Positions 1 through 9,363 of a DNA stretch of 39,537 nt are shown here, piece after piece. Numbering within the stretch: position 1 is the stretch's first letter; the number at the start of each line of letters is the position of its first letter. A program made the position numbers and the translations under genes. The notes beneath the pieces were generated by a model. The model was not told the origin of the DNA, ran no database searches, and worked only from the letters and a program-made list of their open reading frames with translations. This DNA is from a virus (Duplodnaviria; Caudoviricetes): positions 1-39,537 of the IMG/VR virus record IMGVR_UViG_3300020469_000101; one strand, written 5' to 3'.

Positions 1-270
1 CTAAGAGCAGAAGACGATGCTATTGACGAAGTAGTAGAAGCAATTTGCAAAGAAATTAATCCTTTAATTTATCATACTACGAACGACAACAGTGGTACAC
101 TGACTGTAGTATGTGATACATTTGATGGAGCGGCAGGCTTACAAGCACGTATTAGAACAATTGGTACAGCGGCAAACTATCCAACAAGCACAGTAACAGC
201 AGTTGGACCTAACAACATTGATGTAAGCGGTACATTAGTTACTCAAGCGGCAACATTAGTAGCCACATAA
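1..270 (+). CDS. 3' end of a gene running in from outside the window; hypothetical, possibly virion protein
   Basis: Frame 1 is open from base 1 to TAA at 268-270 (LRAEDDAIDEVVEAICKEINPL...TQAATLVAT*); Thr/Ala/Val-rich; followed by a terminator. Not in the ORF track. Confidence 0.7.
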   Translation, partial: LRAEDDAIDEVVEAICKEINPLIYHTTNDNSGTLTVVCDTFDGAAGLQARIRTIGTAANYPTSTVTAVGPNNIDVSGTLVTQAATLVAT

Positions 271-305
271 TATAATATAAAATTACTTTTACTCAAGTAA
301 GACTC

Positions 306-333
306 AAATAGGACCTTCGGGTCCTATTTTTTT
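306..333 (+). terminator. Rho-independent terminator with C(UUCG)G tetraloop
   Basis: AAATAGGACC-TTCG-GGTCCTATTT perfect stem running into a T tract; cUUCGg loops are typical of T4-like phage terminators. Confidence 0.9.
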
Positions 334-336
334 GAG

Positions 337-342
337 TAAATA
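337..342 (+). promoter_or_regulatory. T4-late-like promoter box (TAAATA) for terminase
   Basis: TAAATA immediately after the terminator, 7 nt before ATG at 350; no Shine-Dalgarno (SD) sequence. Confidence 0.6.
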
Positions 343-349
343 CTATACA

Positions 350-1939
350 ATGGCAAATAAAAGTTTAGATGGCGTATTAACCAAAAAGGCTAATACAAGA
401 GATGCATATACAAATGAACAGATCAATGATCTGATGCTTTGTACTGATAAGGACAAGGGTTACTTACACTTTGCAAGTAACTTTGCATACATTCAACATC
501 CTGTAAAAGGAAAGTTGTTGTTTGATCCTTACAAGTACCAAGTAGGATTGATGCAAAGTTATCACAATCATCGTTTTAACGTAAACATGTTACCAAGACA
601 AACAGGTAAGACAACTTGTGCGGCTGTGTACCTTGCCTGGTACGCAATGTTTCATCCAGACCAAACTATTCTTATTGCGGCACACAAATATACAGGTGCC
701 CAAGAAATTATGCAACGTATTAGATACGTTTACGAAATGTGTCCTGATCATATTAGAGCAGGTGTTACAAACTACAACAAAGGTTCAATTGAATTTGAAA
801 ACGGAAGTAGAATTGTAAGTGCTACTACAACAGGAAACACAGGACGTGGTATGTCCATATCATTATTATACTGTGATGAGTTTGCGTTTGTGCAACCTAC
901 TATTGCAGATGAATTTTGGACTTCAATATCTCCTACACTTGCAACAGGTGGTCGTGCTATTCTTACAAGTACGCCTAACTCAGACGAAGATACTTTTGCT
1001 ACTATATGGAAAGAAAGTCAAAACAAATTTGACGAACATGGTAATGAAAGTGAAGTAGGTATAAATGGATTTCATGGGTTTACTGTCAAGTGGGAAGAAC
1101 ACCCAGACAGAGACGAAGAATGGAAGAAAACAGAAATTGGTCGTATTGGTGAAGAAAGATTTAGACGTGAGTATGGTTGTGAATTCTTAGTATTTGACGA
1201 AACACTTATTAATAGTATTAAGTTAGCAGGCATGCCTGGTATAGAGCCAATTGAGAATATAGGCCAAACACGTTGGTATAAAAAACTTGAACGTGATCAA
1301 ACATATTGTATTAGTTTAGATCCAAGTATGGGTACTGGTGGAGACTATGCCGCTATTGAAGTATTTGAATTACCAAGTTATAAACAAGTTGCAGAGTGGA
1401 GACATAATACTACACCCATTCCAGGACAAATTAGAGTTTTAAAAGATATATGCGATTACATTAATGCTGAATGTAAAGCCCCGGGTGCAAACAACATCTA
1501 TTGGAGTATTGAAAATAATACTATTGGTGAAGCGGCGTTATTAGTTATTGGTGACGTAGGGGAAGAGAATATACCAGGACTATTTGTAAGTGAACCAATA
1601 CGTAAAGGACATATTAGAAAGTTCCGTAAAGGATTTAACACTACACATAGAAGTAAAATTAGTGCTTGTTCAAAGTTCAAGACTATGGTCGAGAATGACA
1701 AAATGCAGATAAACAGTAAAGCATTGATATCAGAGATGAAAGGGTTTGTAGCATCAGGAACAAGTTATAAAGCAAAGCCTGGCGAAACAGACGATCTTGT
1801 AAGTGCAGTACTATTGAACATACGTATGATGGAAGTACTCAAGGATTGGGATCCACGAGTATACAATACGTTCAGACAATTAGACACAGACCAGGAATAC
1901 GAGGCTCCTATGCCGATATTCGTAACTGGAGTGTATTAG
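350..1939 (+). CDS. terL: Terminase large subunit (T4 gp17-like)
   Basis: Walker A RQTGKTT, Walker B LLYCDEFAF, coupling motif TSTPN, RNase H-like nuclease acids (LDPSMGTGGDY, DDLVSA). Start moved to ATG 350 because TTG 332 lies inside the terminator. Confidence 0.95.
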   Translation: MANKSLDGVLTKKANTRDAYTNEQINDLMLCTDKDKGYLHFASNFAYIQHPVKGKLLFDPYKYQVGLMQSYHNHRFNVNMLPRQTGKTTCAAVYLAWYAMFHPDQTILIAAHKYTGAQEIMQRIRYVYEMCPDHIRAGVTNYNKGSIEFENGSRIVSATTTGNTGRGMSISLLYCDEFAFVQPTIADEFWTSISPTLATGGRAILTSTPNSDEDTFATIWKESQNKFDEHGNESEVGINGFHGFTVKWEEHPDRDEEWKKTEIGRIGEERFRREYGCEFLVFDETLINSIKLAGMPGIEPIENIGQTRWYKKLERDQTYCISLDPSMGTGGDYAAIEVFELPSYKQVAEWRHNTTPIPGQIRVLKDICDYINAECKAPGANNIYWSIENNTIGEAALLVIGDVGEENIPGLFVSEPIRKGHIRKFRKGFNTTHRSKISACSKFKTMVENDKMQINSKALISEMKGFVASGTSYKAKPGETDDLVSAVLLNIRMMEVLKDWDPRVYNTFRQLDTDQEYEAPMPIFVTGVY

Positions 1940-1941
1940 GA

Positions 1942-1947
1942 TAAATA
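1942..1947 (+). promoter_or_regulatory. T4-late-like promoter box TAAATA
   Basis: ATAAATA-TTAAT-ATG: 5 nt spacer to the start at 1953. Confidence 0.7.
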
Positions 1948-1952
1948 TTAAT

Positions 1953-3956
1953 ATGATAAACTTGGACAAAATTGCAGAAGAACTGTTTAACAAGATTAGA
2001 GGTCGTTACCCAAAGATTACTATTGGTGACGAAGAAAGTACTATTACAAATGTACCTGAAAAGGCACGTTTCTTTGATTTTGACTTTAGCAACGGTAAAA
2101 AAGTTAATGTAACCATTGATGAGAAAGAATTAGTTATACTTTATAACAACGATTTAATCACAGATGCTACAGAATCAGTAAAAAACAACTGGTACGGCTT
2201 TATGAAAGAACTAAGACAGTTTGCTAAAAAGAGAATGTTAAATTTTGATACAAGAGATATAACAAAAACTAACTTAGACAAGAGAGATTACGATTACCTT
2301 TCGCAAAAAAATAGACCCGGAGAAAACCAAATGAGTGAATCGAAACTATACGGAACTTCTAAAACAAGTTTCCAAGACGTTGGCAATGCAAAGATCATTG
2401 TTAAACATAATGAGGCAGTTGATTTTGAAAATCCTGCAGGAAGAACACAAAGAATTCATAGCATATATGTTGAAAGTGGTGATGGAGAAAGATACAAGTA
2501 TCCATTCAAACATCTAAACGGTGCAAGAGCAATGGCACAACATGTAAGCGAAGGCGGAAATCAGTACGATTCATTTGGAAAACATATCGTTTCACTCAGC
2601 GAAGAACTTTCTAAATTACGTACTTTCAAAACTTACATGAACAGATCAAGTGTAATGGCAGAGGGTCTTGCTGGTTACATGGACATTGTTAATAACAGAA
2701 TTGACACTGTAAAAGAAACTGTACATAAGTTACAAAGAAATGCTTACTACAAAGAAGCAATGGAAAACTTCCAAGAAACAGTAATGGAAGAAGTACCAGA
2801 AGACATAGCAAGTAACTGGATTGATGAATTAACTATTCGTCAGTTTAACGAAGATTTGAAAGGTGTATTTCCTTACATTTACAGTCTTGTTAAAGAAGGA
2901 ACTAAATCAATTGAATTAGGTCCAGATGATTTATTTGTTGAAGACGAAAAAGAAAAACAAGATAACGGCACAGACAAAATGGACGTTACTGATGCAGACA
3001 AGAAATTAAATTCGCCTGCTTACAAAAGAATGAAAGACGGTGATCCACGTTACAATGATAAAACTACTAAAGAAGGTGTTCAAGTAGAAGGTGCAGTTAA
3101 AAGAGCATTAGAAGATGATGCTGAAAGCATGAGCAGAGAAGAGTTTATTGAAAAGCATGGCGATGCAGAATTCTTTGACGAATATAATGGTGTTGAAGAT
3201 GAAGGCATGAATATGGACAGTGATTTTGAAAATCATTTAAATGATGTTGTAGCAAACGCAAAACATGAGCAAGGTCCAACTTCAGAAGTTTCAGACATGG
3301 GTATGAACAAATACGGACTTGCGGCAAAACACACAGGCGGTAAGTTTATTTCTTACAAAGATGGTAAAGAAACAGGTACGTTTGATTCTATCGAAGAACT
3401 TGAAAAGCATCAAAAAGAATTAATTAAAGACGAGTCAGTACAGTTTGAAGGCAATGCATTTGCACAAGCAGTACAAAAAGCAAAAGCGGCTGGTATGAAA
3501 AAAGGTGATAAGTTCAAAACACCAGACGGTGAAGAACACACACTCGAAGATGCTATTGCAATGGCAGGACTTAGATTAGAAGATTTTTGGTCAGCAGATG
3601 AACTGATGGCCGAGAAAGAACCCGAAGGCGACATGGACGACATGATGGGCGGTGACGCTGATGATGACGACACTATGGATGTTAAGATTGGACCTGATGG
3701 TTCAATTAGCAAAGCAGACGGGGACGCAGAAGAAAAAGGTGAGAAGAAAGAACTTGAATTAGACGAATTCATTAAAGGACATTTTGATTATACAACTAAC
3801 GCTTTTCCAAAAGGTGAAACAGCAGTTCTTACATCATGTGAGAAAAAGTACGGAGAGCAATCACTTGCACCGGCGGCACTGATCATGAAAGGATTAGTTA
3901 CTAATCAGGATCCAGAGATGGAAAGAATTAAACATTTAGCAGGTTTGGACGGCTAA
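1953..3956 (+). CDS. Large acidic hypothetical protein, possible head/prohead-core protein
   Basis: 667 aa; globular-looking N-terminal half, Asp/Glu-rich modular C-terminal half; late-type promoter; adjacent to terL. The function is inference. Confidence 0.6.
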   Translation: MINLDKIAEELFNKIRGRYPKITIGDEESTITNVPEKARFFDFDFSNGKKVNVTIDEKELVILYNNDLITDATESVKNNWYGFMKELRQFAKKRMLNFDTRDITKTNLDKRDYDYLSQKNRPGENQMSESKLYGTSKTSFQDVGNAKIIVKHNEAVDFENPAGRTQRIHSIYVESGDGERYKYPFKHLNGARAMAQHVSEGGNQYDSFGKHIVSLSEELSKLRTFKTYMNRSSVMAEGLAGYMDIVNNRIDTVKETVHKLQRNAYYKEAMENFQETVMEEVPEDIASNWIDELTIRQFNEDLKGVFPYIYSLVKEGTKSIELGPDDLFVEDEKEKQDNGTDKMDVTDADKKLNSPAYKRMKDGDPRYNDKTTKEGVQVEGAVKRALEDDAESMSREEFIEKHGDAEFFDEYNGVEDEGMNMDSDFENHLNDVVANAKHEQGPTSEVSDMGMNKYGLAAKHTGGKFISYKDGKETGTFDSIEELEKHQKELIKDESVQFEGNAFAQAVQKAKAAGMKKGDKFKTPDGEEHTLEDAIAMAGLRLEDFWSADELMAEKEPEGDMDDMMGGDADDDDTMDVKIGPDGSISKADGDAEEKGEKKELELDEFIKGHFDYTTNAFPKGETAVLTSCEKKYGEQSLAPAALIMKGLVTNQDPEMERIKHLAGLDG

Positions 3957-3980
3957 GTCACTTTTTTGACAAAGTTTCAC

Positions 3981-4009
3981 TTGACTTTATAAGTAAGTTT
4001 GTGTATTAT
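3981..4009 (+). promoter_or_regulatory. Sigma70-type early promoter for the SSB/UvsX operon
   Basis: TTGACT(3981-86)-N17-TATTAT(4004-09); a TATAAGTA late-like box lies within the spacer. Confidence 0.8.
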
Positions 4010-4076
4010 AGTAACTGTACTGCACAATCAAGGCAATACAACTTAAAACAGCCAAAGGCATATATAGGAGGCAACA

Positions 4077-5075
4077 ATGGCAACATTAGCAGAAATAAGA
4101 GCTAAACTTAAAGAGCAAGAATCACGCACAAGCGGTGGTTCAAAAAGCGGCGGCGACAACGCAATTTACCCATTTTGGAATTTAAAGGAAGGCGAACAAT
4201 CTACTGTACGTTTTCTTCCAGATATGGATGACACAAACACTTTCTTTTGGAAAGAGCGTTTGATGATCAAACTACCTTTCGCAGGTATCAAAGGCGAAAC
4301 AGACTCACGTCCAGTACAAGTACAAATTCCATGTATGGAAATGTACGGCGAGTCATGTGCAATCTTAAACGAAGTTCGAGGTTGGTTTAAAGATCCTACT
4401 TTAGAAGATATGGGTCGTAAGTATTGGAAAAAGCGTTCATACGTATTCCAAGGCTTTGTAACCGAAAACGGACTAACAGAAGATGGTACTCCTGAAAATC
4501 CAATCAGACGTTTTATTATTGGTCCACAGATTTTTCAACTTATTAAAAGTGCGTTGATGGATCCAGATATGGAAGAACTTCCAACTGATTACACAGCAGG
4601 TGTAGACTTTAGAATTATCAAAACTTCTAAAGGTGGTTATGCAGACTATTCAACATCAAATTGGGCACGTAGAGATCGTCCATTAACTGATATTGAAACT
4701 GCGGCAGTTGAGAAGAATGGCTTGTACAACTTGTCAGACTTTTTACCTAAGAAGCCTTCAGAGGTTGAGGTTAAAGTAATGCAAGAAATGTTCCAAGCAT
4801 CTGTAGATGGTGAAGCATATGATGCAGAAAAGTTTGGTCAGTATTTCCGTCCAGCGGGAATGCAGGCAAGAACAGGTGATCCGACTAAGGCGGCAAGTGC
4901 AAGTGCAACTGCTGTAAGTCAGAGTGCACCAACTGCACCAGTAGCGGCTCCAGTGGCGGAACCAGTAGCAACTGCTCCAGTAGTAGAAGCAACTGCGGCG
5001 GCACCAGTGGCTGAACCAGCAAAAGACAATAGTGCGGAAGACATTTTAGCAATGATCCGTTCACGTCAAAACTAA
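4077..5075 (+). CDS. Single-stranded DNA-binding protein (T4 gp32-like)
   Basis: VRFLPD, KYWKKRSY and ADYSTSNW segments typical of gp32; Ala/Pro-rich linker; GGAGG SD; immediately upstream of uvsX. Confidence 0.85.
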   Translation: MATLAEIRAKLKEQESRTSGGSKSGGDNAIYPFWNLKEGEQSTVRFLPDMDDTNTFFWKERLMIKLPFAGIKGETDSRPVQVQIPCMEMYGESCAILNEVRGWFKDPTLEDMGRKYWKKRSYVFQGFVTENGLTEDGTPENPIRRFIIGPQIFQLIKSALMDPDMEELPTDYTAGVDFRIIKTSKGGYADYSTSNWARRDRPLTDIETAAVEKNGLYNLSDFLPKKPSEVEVKVMQEMFQASVDGEAYDAEKFGQYFRPAGMQARTGDPTKAASASATAVSQSAPTAPVAAPVAEPVATAPVVEATAAAPVAEPAKDNSAEDILAMIRSRQN

Positions 5076-5087
5076 TACGGCTTTATA

Positions 5088-5112
5088 GTGAGGGGTCCTT
5101 GTGGCCCTTCAC
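5088..5112 (+). other. Intergenic RNA stem-loop (stabiliser, processing site or weak terminator)
   Basis: GTGAGGGGTC-CTTGT-GGCCCTTCAC, 10-bp stem with two G-U pairs; no U tract. Confidence 0.6.
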
Positions 5113-5135
5113 AATAATCTGAATAAGGAGATACT

Positions 5136-6221
5136 ATGGCTAATAAAGCATTTGACGTTTCCAAGTTTCGTAAAAACTTGACTAAATCGATCACAGGCAT
5201 GAGTAGTGGTTTTAATGACCCTACGGATTGGATTAGTACAGGAAACTATGCCCTTAACTATCTTATTAGTGGCGACTTTCATAAAGGCGTTCCATTAGGT
5301 AAGGTAACTGTATTTGCAGGAGAATCAGGAGCAGGTAAATCATATATCTGTGCAGGTAACATTGTAAAGGCGGCACAAGATCAAGGTATCTTTGTTGTAC
5401 TAATTGACAGTGAGAACGCACTTGATGAAACTTGGTTACAAGCACTTGATGTAGATACCAGCGAAGATAAACTACTTAAACTTAACATGAGTATGATTGA
5501 TGACGTTGCTAAAACTATTAGTACGTTTATGATTGACTATAAAGCAATGGACGATGCAGAACGTCCTAAAGTAATGTTTGTAGTTGACAGTTTAGGTATG
5601 TTACTAACACCAACAGATGTTGATCAGTTTAACAAGGGTGATATGAAAGGTGACATGGGTAGAAAACCTAAGGCACTTACATCACTTGTACGTAACACTG
5701 TTAACATGATTGGTTCGCATAATGTAGGACTTGTATGTACTAACCACACATACGCATCGCAAGATATGTTTGACCCTGATGATAAGATATCAGGTGGACA
5801 AGGCTTTATCTATGCATCTTCAATTGTAGTTGCAATGAAAAAATTGAAACTGAAAGAAGACGCAGATGGTAATAAAATTAGCGAAGTACGTGGTATTAGA
5901 GCAGGTTGTAAAGTAATGAAAACTCGTTATGCAAAACCGTTCGAAGGTGTACAAGTTAAAATCCCATACGAAACAGGTATGAACCCATATAGTGGTCTTG
6001 TTGATTTGTTTGAGAAAAAGAACATGCTAAAGAAAGACGGTAATAGACTTAGATTCGATTCTAAACACGGAGAAGAAGTTAAGGAATATCGTAAGGCATG
6101 GGAAGCAGGTGGTCCATTACTTGACAGAGTCATGATGGAGTTCAGTGAAGTATCCGATGAGGTAATTACAACTGAAGAGGAAGAAATTCCAGAAGCAACC
6201 GAAACAGTCACAGAGGAATAA
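5136..6221 (+). CDS. uvsX: RecA-like recombinase UvsX
   Basis: ISTGNYALN, Walker A GESGAGKS, IDSENALD, Walker B VVDSLG, NHTY, SGG loop; AAGGAG SD. Confidence 0.95.
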   Translation: MANKAFDVSKFRKNLTKSITGMSSGFNDPTDWISTGNYALNYLISGDFHKGVPLGKVTVFAGESGAGKSYICAGNIVKAAQDQGIFVVLIDSENALDETWLQALDVDTSEDKLLKLNMSMIDDVAKTISTFMIDYKAMDDAERPKVMFVVDSLGMLLTPTDVDQFNKGDMKGDMGRKPKALTSLVRNTVNMIGSHNVGLVCTNHTYASQDMFDPDDKISGGQGFIYASSIVVAMKKLKLKEDADGNKISEVRGIRAGCKVMKTRYAKPFEGVQVKIPYETGMNPYSGLVDLFEKKNMLKKDGNRLRFDSKHGEEVKEYRKAWEAGGPLLDRVMMEFSEVSDEVITTEEEEIPEATETVTEE

Positions 6222-6226
6222 ATTAT

Positions 6227-6460
6227 ATGAGTATGGATAGTTCACAAATCGTAGACACCTGGAATCTTTTTAAAGAGCATACAGATAAAAAACAAGTAGA
6301 AACATTAGCCGAAAGGTTTGTTGATTTACTTGCTGATTATGGTGTAGGTGATGACCAATTAAAAGAATCTTTAGGTACTGATGATCATCTTGATGCGGCA
6401 ATTAATTATTATCTTGATATTGATGATGAGTTGACTGCGGACGATGACGATTGGGATTAA
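6227..6460 (+). CDS. Small acidic hypothetical protein
   Basis: 77 aa ORF with GAGGA SD filling the gap between uvsX and uvsY; Asp-rich tail. Confidence 0.75.
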   Translation: MSMDSSQIVDTWNLFKEHTDKKQVETLAERFVDLLADYGVGDDQLKESLGTDDHLDAAINYYLDIDDELTADDDDWD

Positions 6461-6462
6461 AC

Positions 6463-6915
6463 ATGTGGTATAGCCAAATATCAAAAGATATTAGTAAAAT
6501 ACCTGAGGCGTTAGATTATTATAACGATCAGTTATTACAGGCAAAAAAAGAGATCCGTATTTTCGGAAGTCTTGAGAAGGCCGCGGCAGAGATGCCCGGC
6601 CTTGTCGAACAACGTTTCAATCAGTTACAAGAACTTGAAGCAATTTTAGAATATCTTAATATAGAACTACGCAGATTACGTAGCACATTTTTTAAGAAGT
6701 ATCTTGAAAATTATCAACGATCATTAAGCAGTAGGGACTGTGAAAAGTATGTTGACGGTGAAGCAGATGTAGTTGATATGGAAAAGATTATTAACGAATT
6801 TGCATTAATGCGTAACAAATGGTTAGGCATTACTAAAGGCTTAGACCAGAAGCAATGGCAAATTACTAATATTGTTAAGTTAAGAGTGGCTGGTATGGAA
6901 GATGCAACAATTTAA
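6463..6915 (+). CDS. uvsY: Recombination mediator UvsY-like
   Basis: About 150 aa helical protein with KYLENYQRSLSSRDCEKYVDGEADVV; position after uvsX. ATG 6463 preferred over TTG 6451. Confidence 0.75.
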   Translation: MWYSQISKDISKIPEALDYYNDQLLQAKKEIRIFGSLEKAAAEMPGLVEQRFNQLQELEAILEYLNIELRRLRSTFFKKYLENYQRSLSSRDCEKYVDGEADVVDMEKIINEFALMRNKWLGITKGLDQKQWQITNIVKLRVAGMEDATI

Positions 6916-7684
6916 ACCCAAGTTTCAAATTCCAAAAAGATCACTTGAATTACGCGGACAATTATTTCCATACCTTATTGATAACTTTGACACAAAAATT
7001 ATTGAATCAAAAGATCAAATCGAACAAGATAGAATTTTAACATTTAGTCACCCATTTTGCGATTGGGTATTTGATGCATTACAAAACAACAAAGAATTAA
7101 ATTTCTTCCATTTAGATAACGGTTATATAGGCAATTGGAATTACAAACGCCCTATGTATTATCGTATTAGTTATAATTCCCTACAAAACACTAAACCAGG
7201 ACCTATTAAAAAAAGTAGAATACACACACTTGAATTAGACGATCGTTATCAAGATTGGAATGACAAGGGTGAGTACAACCTATTAGTGATGCCACGTAAC
7301 ACTAATATCTTTAAATACTTAGGACAAGATTACGACGAATGGCGTGAACAAACTATTGCACATTATCAAAATTTAGATGTGCCATTAGTAATAAGAGAGA
7401 AGACAGGTAAACGTAGACACAGGTTTGCTGAAATAATACCAATGATGCATAAGGCTAAAAAGGTTATTACGTATCATAGTATGGCAGTTGTTGAAGCATT
7501 GTGTTTAGGCAAACCAATTGAAGTATTAGGACAAAGTGCAGTTGAACATTGGCAAGGACAGTTTGGATTTGATAGAACACCTATGCTTGAACATATTGCA
7601 CACAGTCAATTTAGTAGAGAAGAATATGAAAATGGAACTGCATGGGAAGTAACATTTAATTATCAGGTAGCAAATGGATTATAA
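6902..7684 (+). CDS. Putative GT-B glycosyltransferase (KpsS/KpsC-like C-terminal motif)
   Basis: HLDNGY, ITYHSMAVVEALCLGKPIEVLG, and a terminal IAHSQFSREEYENG segment shared with three paralogs. Confidence 0.55.
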   Translation: MQQFKPKFQIPKRSLELRGQLFPYLIDNFDTKIIESKDQIEQDRILTFSHPFCDWVFDALQNNKELNFFHLDNGYIGNWNYKRPMYYRISYNSLQNTKPGPIKKSRIHTLELDDRYQDWNDKGEYNLLVMPRNTNIFKYLGQDYDEWREQTIAHYQNLDVPLVIREKTGKRRHRFAEIIPMMHKAKKVITYHSMAVVEALCLGKPIEVLGQSAVEHWQGQFGFDRTPMLEHIAHSQFSREEYENGTAWEVTFNYQVANGL

Positions 7685-8387
7685 AGCAAAGATTATATGT
7701 TTACAGGACAACGCTCACAGTGTACAAATGGCCGCTGAGTGTGTTGCACAAGCAAACAAGTTTGGAATTAAAGTAGAACAGTTCAATGCTGTCAACGGCA
7801 ATGACTTTAACATTGCCTGTGCAAAGTACGGTATTACATCTATAAGCAAAGTTAAAAAAGGACGTTTAGGAGTGCTTGGTTGCTTTCTAAGTCATTACGG
7901 ACTATGGAAAGAATGTGTTGAAAGTAATACACCTTATCTTATTCTTGAACACGACGGATACTTTATTAGACCATTGCCAGAAGATATACTTACAAAATTT
8001 AAGCACGTATGTAAATTAGATCAGTATGATCCTTACAGTGGTGCATACAATAACGCAGTTGAACAAAGCATGAAAGAAGATATTGTAGTAGGACCATATC
8101 ATAACATACATGCAAAAGGTAAACGTACTCTAAAGTATGTAGGTAATTATTTTAGAGGTGCTTGGAGTTACATTATTAAACCAGAAGCCGCACAAAAATT
8201 GTTAGACTTTGTTGCTGAACACGGTTATGTTGTAGCGGCTGATCAACAAATTGGGTCTAAGTTATTAGAACTATCATCAACAAATGTACCAGTGGCACGA
8301 CTACACCCATTCTACTCTATTGGTATAAACATAAACTCAGAAAGTTTAACACAGCATTTAGGAGCAAAGAGTGAGCAAAAAAAATAA
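7674..8387 (+). CDS. Glycosyltransferase family 25 (Lic2A/LgtB-like)
   Basis: FNAVNG, GCFLSHYGLWKEC, LILEHDG, GAWSYIIKPEAAQKL, AD motifs. Confidence 0.85.
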   Translation: MDYKAKIICLQDNAHSVQMAAECVAQANKFGIKVEQFNAVNGNDFNIACAKYGITSISKVKKGRLGVLGCFLSHYGLWKECVESNTPYLILEHDGYFIRPLPEDILTKFKHVCKLDQYDPYSGAYNNAVEQSMKEDIVVGPYHNIHAKGKRTLKYVGNYFRGAWSYIIKPEAAQKLLDFVAEHGYVVAADQQIGSKLLELSSTNVPVARLHPFYSIGININSESLTQHLGAKSEQKK

Positions 8388-9363
8388 AAATTTAGTAAAA
8401 AGAGATAATTGGTTTGATGACTATCATGAAATACCACAGTTGGGTATTAAAGGTAAACGTGATCTTAACAGTAGAATTGCTTACTATGATCCAGACGATT
8501 TCAAAGATGCTACTGTAGTTGACTTAGGGTGCAACATGGGACAGATGAGTTTTCAAGCATCGACTTGGGGTGCAAAAAATGTTATGGGTATTGAATATGA
8601 TGCTAATGCAGTAAACAATGCAAATCAAATTAAAGATCAATTAGATATTGAAAATGTACAATTTGTTGTAGATGATTTAGACAGTAATTTTCTTTGGACA
8701 AGCATAGACAACTTTGATGTTGTTATGTTTCTTGCAGTTATTGATACTATTGAACTTGAAAATAGATACGGAATTTTAAGCAAAGCATGTCGCAAAACTA
8801 ACAAAGTTATGTATTTTGAAGGGCATGGTAAACAAACATACAACAAGTATATGCAAAATCTTGTTGAATATACAGACTTCACAGAAATCAAATATATGGG
8901 TAACACACCTGTAAGCAGGCCTTTCTTTAGATGTACAAGAGAAAAGATGAAGATTGACGATGCTATACAGGCTATTGTTAATAGCAAATATGATAAAATT
9001 GCAGTAGTAGGAAAATCATTTTCAGGAAAAACTTATATTAGAAAGCATTTACAACAGTTAGAACATAAGTTTACTCTTGTAGACGACTTGCTACTTGATC
9101 CTATTAAGGGCCAAGAAAACACAAGAATTGATGTAGCGGACTTAAATAATATTGACAAGTTTGTGCTTTTTGATTACAGAGGTTTGGAATATTATCCAGA
9201 TGTTGATGTAGTGTTTTTTGTAACGCCAAGTATGGAGTTAATTGGGCAAACACGTAAAGAAGTAAAGAAGAATAATAAATCAAAGCCTTTGATTACACCT
9301 TCGATCAAAAGTTTTGCAAATGTAAAAGAAGTGTATACTGTAGAGAGAAACAATGAGAATTAA
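8371..9363 (+). CDS. Class I SAM methyltransferase fused to a C-terminal P-loop domain
   Basis: VVDLGCNMG motif I, GIEYD, FDVVMFLAV; C-terminal IAVVGKSFSGKT Walker A followed by LVDD. Confidence 0.75.
   Translation: MSKKNKNLVKRDNWFDDYHEIPQLGIKGKRDLNSRIAYYDPDDFKDATVVDLGCNMGQMSFQASTWGAKNVMGIEYDANAVNNANQIKDQLDIENVQFVVDDLDSNFLWTSIDNFDVVMFLAVIDTIELENRYGILSKACRKTNKVMYFEGHGKQTYNKYMQNLVEYTDFTEIKYMGNTPVSRPFFRCTREKMKIDDAIQAIVNSKYDKIAVVGKSFSGKTYIRKHLQQLEHKFTLVDDLLLDPIKGQENTRIDVADLNNIDKFVLFDYRGLEYYPDVDVVFFVTPSMELIGQTRKEVKKNNKSKPLITPSIKSFANVKEVYTVERNNEN

Noticed and set aside
4937-5020. CCAGT(A/G)GC repeats resembling a repeat array
   Set aside because: They are in-frame Pro-Val-Ala codons of the SSB linker, with no spacers or constant period; not CRISPR.
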